Positions 54,611-64,000 of a DNA stretch of 64,000 nt are shown here, one piece after another. A program made the position numbers and the translations under genes. Each line of letters begins with the position of its first letter. Position 1 is the first letter of the stretch. The DNA is from Octopus vulgaris (lineage: Eukaryota), in the NCBI GenBank assembly GCA_951406725.2, contig OX597835.1:22196001-22260000 (forward strand), read 5' to 3'. The notes below the pieces were generated by a model that saw only the letters and a program-made list of their open reading frames with translations, was not told the origin of the DNA and made no database searches.

Positions 54611-55307
54611 TACACATATATTAAACAAGTGCGTACGTGCGTGCGTGTGTAGATGTATGCAGTAGCCAGGGTTACAGATCCGTCTTGAAATGTTTCCTGC
54701 TGCTCTTTTTCACGAACCGAATATATTCATGATTTGGACTGAATCTGCAAAACGACTCCAAGTCTTCAACGGCTCCTCTTATGAGTATCACTTTGCTGTA
54801 TAGACCAATCACATGGCTTATGGCTTCATGACTATGACCGGACACAGGATTCTTCATGACAAGTCCTGTTTCGAACTACAGCTTGCGGTATTTCCGGTCG
54901 TCATGCGCATATGATTTCAAATCCTGTTCTGTATTCTGCCTACACCCACAATGGCCTGCTTTCTATTTCAAAGTTTAGGTGAAGAAACTTGTGTATATAT
55001 TTGAAGGGACATTTTTTAAAATTAAATTACAAGAAGCTTACTGGGTTTCGGGTTTTGTGGGTGGCACCTTCGACAAGCGTCGTCTACCACACCCTCGGGA
55101 TGACCAATGCCTTGTGTGTAGATTCGGTAGACAGAAACTGAAAGAAGCCTGTCGTGTATGTATGTGTGTATGTATGTATGTATGTATGTATGTATGTATG
55201 TGTGTATGTATGTATGTATGTATGTATGTATGTATGTATGTATGTATGTATGCATTCATGTATGTATGTATATGAGTGTGTGTATGTGTGTATATATATA
55301 TATATAT

Positions 55308-55441
55308 ATCAGCCGAAATTGCGAGGATGATCCGGTTCTTGACTGAAGATTAGAGGCTTCGATTGACCCGTCCGTTTTTTGTGTCGTCTATTTGAATGCT
55401 TTGTGTTCTTGTCCCATTTTGTATTTTTATATATATTCTTT

Positions 55442-55445
<4 letters not shown>
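55308..55445 (+). mobile_element. Short (TA)n-embedded interspersed element, copy 2
   Basis: Near-identical to 24128-24262. Confidence 0.75.
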
Positions 55446-55528
<83 letters not shown>

Positions 55529-56162
55529 CACATACGCACACAAGGCTTTGGTCAGCCCGAGGTTATAGTAGAAGACACTTGCCCAAGGTGCCACGCATGT
55601 GGTTCGTAAGCAAGCTACTTACCACACAGCCACTCCTACAGACAAACTGTGGAGATAAGCTTAACAAGTGATACGCAGGATAGGCACAAAAACCAAACTG
55701 ATGATAGCAAGTTTGGCTTTTCTCTTTTACCAAACCGCTCCTCTTTTCACGATTTGTATACTAGAGACGGTGCATTAGAATGGAAGGCAGCTGCAATTCT
55801 AGCATCAAAATCCTCGTCTTGCTTCCAATTACTTGGAAATACGGTTTCGAGACACTTAAACGTCTCCACTTGTGTTGGTGGTGATCCATTTACATGCAAA
55901 GTACTTTGTTAATTATACGATCAGAGATTTGCCATCTCTTGATGTGTTTAAAACACTTTCGTATTGTGATGTTTGATAAGTGGACGATCTCTGCATGCAT
56001 CTGAAATGCTGTTTTGCTCTCCATTTGTTGAGCAAGTGAGAGATTGGTGAAGCGAGGCAGTCAGGCAGTCAGGAAGCCGCTTATAACACAACAACGAGGT
56101 ATAACTTTGATACCATTTAAAAAGAAATTAAATTCTCACATACATACACACATACACACACA

Positions 56163-56198
<36 letters not shown>

Positions 56199-56259
56199 GC
56201 GGGCTTTCTGCTTCCACCTACGAAATTCACTCACAAGGTTTTGGTTTCCAGAGTAGCAT

Positions 56260-56426
56260 GATAGACAGACAGACAGACAGTCGGTCAAACAGACAGACAG
56301 TCGGTCAAACAGACAGACGGACGGACTGACAGACAGACAGACAGACAGATAGGCAGATAGATAGCTAGACAGACAGACAGACAGACAGATAGACAGGCAG
56401 ACAGACAGACAGAAAGACAGACAGAC

Positions 56427-56473
<47 letters not shown>

Positions 56474-56518
56474 TAGACAGACAGACAGACAGACAGATAG
56501 ACAGACAGACAGACAGAA

Positions 56519-56600
<82 letters not shown>
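56260..56600. repeat. (GACA)n/(GATA)n array
   Basis: Direct inspection. Confidence 0.95.
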
Positions 56601-56601
<1 letters not shown>

Positions 56602-57067
56602 ATCAGACGAAGAGACACTCAAGTAGGAAGATAAACTCTTCTCTCCACCGAACCGCCTCCCTCCACAAACACAAACATAAAAAACACAAACAGTTGTTGA
56701 GTTATTACTCTTGTATCAAGGACATCAGTTTCACCTTCCCAGACGATCTGACACCTTCCCTCTCTTCCCCTCTCTTTCTCTCTCTCCCCACTCTCTCTCC
56801 CCCACTCTCCCTCTCTTTCTCTCTCTCTCTCTGTGGAGTCATCATGCTCTATGACTTCAATGTTCACCATTCCTCTTACCTCTCCTCTCACACTTCGTCC
56901 ATGTAAATTAGGACAGCGCCAAAGCCAAACGTTTCACTCTTGTTCCCTGTATTTCCAACGGAGTTCGTCCTCCGCGTATTGTTATCCCTGGGCGACATAA
57001 TCCAAGCCCCCTTATGTCTTATGAGAACGTGGGTCTACACCTGGAAAGTCCTTTTCTGCACGATATA

Positions 57068-57605
57068 GACAGAAACGTTAGCACGCCGTATTTCGTCAGC
57101 CGTTACGTTCTGAGTTCAAATTCCACCGAGGTCGACTTTGTCTTTCATCCTTTCGGGGTCAATAAATTAAATACCAGTTACGCACTGGGGTCGATGTAAT
57201 TGACTTAATCCGTTTGTCTGTCCTTGTTTGTCCCCTCTGTGTTTAGCCCCTTGTGGGTAGTAAAGAAATAGGTATAGACATGGACAAATATTTTACCAAA
57301 GACCGACTGTATTTCATGCATATATAAATCCCCACTTTCCCCAGGTCACGCCAGGTGCGTGGCCGAGTGGTAAAGGTGTTACACTCACGATAGCAAGATC
57401 AGGGTTTCCATTTCCAGACCAGGCGACGCGCTGTGTCCTGGGGTAAAAAACACTTCATTTATCGTTGTTCCAGTTCACCCAGCAGTATATGAGTTGCTTT
57501 TCGAAGGACTGCTGGCCGTATGAGTCACAAGATCATGGTTTCGATTCCGGGCGGTTCTCGAGCAAAACACTTCATTTCACGTTGCTTCAGTTTATTCAGT
57601 TGTAA
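57068..57605 (+). mobile_element. SINE A (57068-57275) and SINE C heads (57352-57605)
   Basis: Family consensus motifs. Confidence 0.75.
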
Positions 57606-57630
57606 TTAAAAACCGAAAGAAGCCCGTTGT

Positions 57631-57698
<68 letters not shown>

Positions 57699-57707
57699 GT
57701 ATGTATA

Positions 57708-57788
<81 letters not shown>

Positions 57789-59849
57789 AAGTAGGATAAA
57801 ATCTTTATAAGAATTTATCAAGTAGTTTTCGTGAAAAAACCTCATAAGGGAAAATTTCAATAATTATTCCCTTTAAATATTTATATTAAGGGCATTACTA
57901 TACATAAATGCCTCGTGCCAGGAGGGACTCTTAAAGTCAAAACTACCATAATAAACACATTGTACCGAACGCGAGGGAATGCAACACTCGATGTGAGCCT
58001 TATAAAAACAGATTCAGCTGCAGATCATATGATTTCATAATTAGTGTGCAAAAATGCACTTTTTAATCGTCAGTGCAAGCATAATAAAGATACATAAAAA
58101 TGAACAAAAAAATCAACATACCAGACGAACACCACATGTATCCAGCATTGTATATAGAATTGTTCACACTTATAAATCTATGTAAGAGGCAGGCTTTTCG
58201 AATTGCATCTCAGTACACGTGTTTATCAAGAATAATATATATATACATTGTTGCAATTATGTTAAACTGTCGTATGTTCAAACGTGGTCAAATGAGTCTT
58301 TTTTTAATATTTATTTTTGCTTGCAATAGCCGATTCTTTTTGTCAAACTATCGTATCTCCAGCTGCTTCAGATGCCAAGATATCAAAAATTGTCAAAGTG
58401 TAGTACAACGGTTTTGCTATGGAATGGTGGAACTATTTTTTCGTTTTCTGAAAAAGCAAAGTTTTGGACTTACGACACCTTTGCATGATAGGAACGATAT
58501 ATATATATATATATATATCGTTATATATACATACATACATACATACATACATACATACATACACACACACATACATACATACATACATACATACATACAT
58601 ACATACATACATACATACATACATACGAATATATATACACATACATATGTGTGTGCTTGTGTTTGTCTCCCAATATTGTTTGACAACTGGTGTTGGTTTG
58701 TTTACATCCTTGTAACTTAGCGTCTCGGCAAAACGAGACCAGTAGGATATGTACCAGACTTTAAAGAGAAAGTAAGTGCTGGGGGTCGATTTGTTCGACC
58801 TTACTCTTCAAGGCGGTACCCCAGCACATACACATACATATACACACGCATATACATACATACACACACACACACATACATACAGTCAGACAGACAGACA
58901 GACGTACGTACGTACGTACATACATACATACATACATACATACATACATACATACATACAAACATACATACATACACACACAGCAACCCCCATTTCAGGA
59001 TCTTCTTGTACGTCAAGGTCATCATGTCTCGTGCACGTCGATGACCCAGCAACGAAAGTCTTCCGGTGAAGCGCGAGTTCTCCCGTCGGATGACGCTATA
59101 GCATTACTTCGTTCTGACTTTCTCATAGTGTTTTCTTGGCAAAGATATTGGGGTCGTTTGCTACTGCTTTCTCCAACTGGATGGTCCTTGGCCCACAAGG
59201 TGACCATACGTCCTTCGACAAGCCTTGTTTTTACTCCTGGTGGGTGTCCAGACACCCTCCTTAGTTTAATAGCAAGCTATTCAAATGAGAGAACCGGTTT
59301 AATCGCCGAACACTCGATCATGGAACAGATAATACTGGTTTGCTGGGTATCAGGAGCAGATCTCAGATTTGTGGTGAAATCTCTGACCTGCATGACTGAG
59401 CATTGATAAACGAATCTACAAGCTGAACATCAACATATCAACCTCGCCATTTTAACTAAAGCTTTCCTACCAAGTCCTGTAAAGTGGTGGGCGTTGTTTC
59501 TCATCTCCGTCTCAGATTTTACTTTAAAACAAAAAAAAAAAAAAGAAAACTTGCAGGAGTTCCGCTTGTTCTATGTTTACTCGTCTTTGCAGCAAATGGG
59601 CTTTTAACCAATGATTCATTTTAAAGTGCCATGAAAGTAACTGATACCATTCTTTACACAACGCAAGCCCCACTATTCGCAAAATCCTAAGTGGTCTACA
59701 CGCAGACAGACGAACAACCGCACAGACTAAGACCACTGTGTGCCGACCCCGGAGGAAGACATCCATCACCGTCGCCGTTGCCAACAGCTGCACGGCGACC
59801 TTGACGCAAGCAAAAGGCGTTTTCGTACATCGTATGACTCGCCATTTTT

Positions 59850-60198
59850 CCCTCTCACCCTCTCCTTCTTTCTCTCGCTTCTTTCTCGCCCCTTCTACCT
59901 CTTTCTCTTTATCGCTCTCTTCTCTCTTCCGTCTCTCTCACCTCTCTCTCCTTCTCTTTATCCTTCTCTCTCTCTCCTCTCCCTCTCTTCTTTATCCTTC
60001 TCTCTCCCCTCTCTCCTCTTTATCCTTCTCTCTCCTCTCTCTCCCTCTCTATCCTCTGTCTCACCTTCTCTTTCTCTCTCTCTCTCTTTCTTCTTCTCTC
60101 TCTCTTTCTTCTCTTTCTCTCTCTCTCTCTCTATCTATCTATTTCTCTCTCCCCTTCTCCCTTTCTCTCTCCCCCTTCTCTCTCTTTCTCTCTCTCCC
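59850..60198. repeat. Polypyrimidine (CT-rich) tract
   Basis: Direct inspection. Confidence 0.9.
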
Positions 60199-60224
60199 TC
60201 ATGATCACGTATATGCTGTAGTCT

Positions 60225-60962
60225 GCGATTTTTGTCGTGGACAGGAAGTTGGAACGAAGAACCAAAGTGGAATTTTACGTTAAACTTGGGAAGTCTGCTT
60301 CAGAGACATTGCGCATGCGTCGCCGTGAGCTACGAGGCTACGGGCCGTACGTAATGTTTCGAGTGGCACGGGCGACTTCAAAAGCGGAAGAACGTCTTTC
60401 GAAGACGATGACGCTCTGGAAGACATGCCACGAGCGTCACCAGCGGAAATGTGGAGAAAACTCATCAGCTGGTGCATGAGGATTACCAGAGGACAATCAT
60501 CGGAATTTTAAAGTATTTGAGGGAGGACATCCGACGAAAGCGACCAGCTCTGTGGAGTCGACGCGAATTGGATTTTTCACGACGGCGAAACACCCAATCA
60601 CCGAGCTCTCCTCACACGTGAGCTTCTTGCCAAAACCAACATGGTGTCGCTTCTGCACCCATCCTATTCGTCAGATTTACCACCTGCAGGCTTTCATGTC
60701 TTCCGCAAGATGAAAAAGCATCTCAAAGGTCGCCGTTGTAACATCGTAGTCAGCACCAAGAGCGAATTGCAGAAGGTTCGCGACTCGCTTACAAAAAACA
60801 ACTTTCAGGCCGGATTTTATAAAATGCCAGGAACGGTGGGACTTGTGTATTGCTGCGCATGGTGACTATTTCAAAGGAGATTATATTAAAACTTAGGTAA
60901 ATGAGTTTTTAAAAATTTATTTATTAAACATAACGAGTCTGGAAACCTTTTGACACCACCTT
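60225..60962 (+). mobile_element. Internally deleted mariner element
   Basis: KVEFYVKLGKSASET..CFEWH, then ILKYLREDIRRKRP..HPSYSSDLPP..FRKMKKHLKGRR; TIR-like end GAAACCTTTTGACACCACCT. Confidence 0.88.
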
Positions 60963-60989
60963 TTCAAACATATATATACGCGTGCTCGT

Positions 60990-61365
60990 ACTCATTTTCA
61001 ATTTCCGTCGACCAAATCCACTTAAAAAGCTTTCATCAGCTTGAGTCTACAGTAGAAGACATGCTCTTGCCAAGGATATGACGCAGAGGGGCTGAACTCA
61101 AGACGACATGGCTGGGAAGCAAGCTTCTTAACCACACAGCCACGCCTCTGTCCCCCACAGAGGCCATGCTGGAGCACCGCCTTTAGTCGAACAAATCGAT
61201 CCCAGAACTTTATTCATTGTAAGCCTAGTACTTATTCTATCGGTCTCTTTGTCGAACCGCTAAGTTACGGGGACGTAAACATACCAGCATCGGTTGTCAA
61301 GCGATGGTGGGGGGACAAACACAAACACACAAACACACACGCACAAACATACACACACACACACT

Positions 61366-61444
<79 letters not shown>

Positions 61445-61597
61445 GACGGGCTTCTTTCAGTTTCCGTCTACTAAATCCATTCACAAGGCTTTTGTCGTCC
61501 CGAGGCTATAGTAGAAGACACTTGCCCAAGGCGCCATGCAGTGGTACTGAACCCGGAACCATGTGGTCCGTGAGCAAGCTACTTACCGCACAGCCAA
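60990..61597 (-). mobile_element. Two SINE family B copies
   Basis: Reverse complement of the consensus. Confidence 0.85.
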
Positions 61598-62031
61598 TAT
61601 GAAGATAACTAGGAAGATATGTATGTATGCGCACGCAGAGGGAAGAAAAGATAGAGGAAGAGAAGAGAAAGGAGGCGGAGGAAGAAGGGGAGGAAGAAGG
61701 GGAGGAAGAAGGGGAGGAAGAAGGGGAGGAAGAAGAGGAGGACATAAACAAGCTGATTTATCTAATTGGAGTAATCACGATGTGGTTTATTTGATAAAGG
61801 ACACCTCTACTTCCTACCCCATTCCCCCATTCCCTGCCTACTCCGCCCTTCTTAATACTGACCTCCACCCTCATTTACGTTCCTGCAGCACCAAACACAC
61901 ATAAAACACACACGCACACATACACATATATACATGCGTACATATATACATACATATACACACATATAAAACACACCCACATGCATACATACACAGGTAT
62001 ACTCATACATACAAAACACACAAATACATAC

Positions 62032-62078
<47 letters not shown>

Positions 62079-62154
62079 TATATACATACATACATACATA
62101 CACGCATGCATGCATGCATACATACATACATACATACATACATACATACATACA

Positions 62155-62186
<32 letters not shown>

Positions 62187-62307
62187 CATACATATGTGTG
62201 TGTGTTTGCATATGTGTGTGCGTGTGTGTGCGTATGTGTGTGTGTATGATTTCTGTGTGTTCTCCCTATATTATCTCCTAACACACAATTGTCCCCTTCC
62301 CCAGCTA

Positions 62308-62325
62308 CTCATCACCACCATCATT

Positions 62326-62388
<63 letters not shown>

Positions 62389-62978
62389 GTCATCATCATC
62401 ATCATTATCATCACCAGCATTGACGTTGTCGTCGTCGTCGTCGTTTTCCTTACCAACACTACTGGGCCGCCATCACCGCCCCAACATCGACGACTATCAA
62501 TGCCACCACTACCACAACCACCATTACAATTATCATCACCATCACCATCATCATCATCACCATCATCACTACCACCGCCGCCACCATCGTCATCGGTCAC
62601 CAATTACCGACTACCCTAGATATCTGCTATTAATAACAACAACAGCAACAACAACCACCACCACAATAAAAGGCCCGCCCTCACATTATGACGGGTGGTG
62701 GTCGCGGGTGGCAGGTGAGGCGGTGCGGGTAGAGGTTATGATGAGGTGATAGCAAAGTAGTACGGTGGTCAGGTGAGGTGGGGGGCTGGCATCGGCTGCG
62801 GCTGCGGTGGTGATGGTGGTCGTGCTGATGGGACACGGGGGAGGAGGCGGCGGCAGCGTTGGTGGTGGTGGTGGAGGTGGTGGTGGTGGTTGTGGTGGTG
62901 GTGGTGGTTGTGGTGGTGGTGGTCGTCGTGGTGGTGGTGGTCGTGGTGGTGGTGGTGGTGGTGGTGGTGGTGGTGGCG
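62308..62978. repeat. (CAT)n/(CAC)n then (GGT)n trinucleotide tracts
   Basis: Direct inspection. Confidence 0.9.
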
Positions 62979-63099
62979 ACAGTAAGATAAGGTGGTAGCA
63001 TGAAGTGGCACTCCACTAACATTTAATATTGAATAACATCATCACGTGAACGAATGACAAACATTACTGATCTCCGAAATGGAAGAAAAGTGTTCTTAT

Positions 63100-63173
<74 letters not shown>

Positions 63174-63267
63174 CCACACACGCACACACACATACCCACA
63201 CAAACAGACATGCACGCACTCGCATGTATATGTGCATGTATGCATCTGTGTATCAATATGTGTAAAG

Positions 63268-63920
<653 letters not shown>

Positions 63921-63925
63921 ATATC

Positions 63926-63966
<41 letters not shown>

Positions 63967-64000
63967 ATATGTGGGGGGTGTATGTGTGTATGTGTGTGTA

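Noticed and set aside
54660-56100. Unique islands with short ORFs
   Set aside because: No recognisable protein motif and no convincing acceptor/donor pair
58100-58720. 206-aa ORF
   Set aside because: Runs from AT-rich repeat-like sequence through (TACA)n into a SINE; no domain recognised
61563-61904. RGG-repeat ORF
   Set aside because: Starts inside a SINE and crosses a 12-bp purine tandem repeat

Overview
AT-rich, extremely repeat-dense eukaryotic genomic DNA. The SINE families and the very high load of (TA)n/(CA)n/(TATG)n/(GATA)n/trinucleotide microsatellites point to an octopus (Octopodidae) genome; this is an inference from repeat content. No long intact protein-coding gene is present, and most ORFs in the supplied track are translated microsatellites or SINEs. 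Identifiable content: three tRNA-derived SINE families (dozens of copies, some tandem or dimeric), a decayed R4/Dong-clade non-LTR retrotransposon, an internally deleted Ty3/Gypsy fragment with PPT and LTR, three mariner remnants and one Tc1 remnant, two non-autonomous Helitrons, and hAT-, Mutator- and Tc1-type MITEs with target-site duplications. Most interesting: (1) minimal type-I hammerhead ribozymes of the Penelope/retrozyme type in short (TA)n-embedded elements; (2) a candidate minus-strand spliced transcript (TATA box near 25.9 kb, then exons of 145, 57, 26, 28 and 12 nt down to about 7.1 kb) that an ORF scan cannot see; (3) many short local templated duplications, including a patchwork at 2-8 kb and a copy inserted into a mariner between 20-bp direct repeats; (4) CpG-specific decay in the first ~3 kb suggesting a methylated gene 3' end. 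All identifications are by eye, and many repeat boundaries are approximate.
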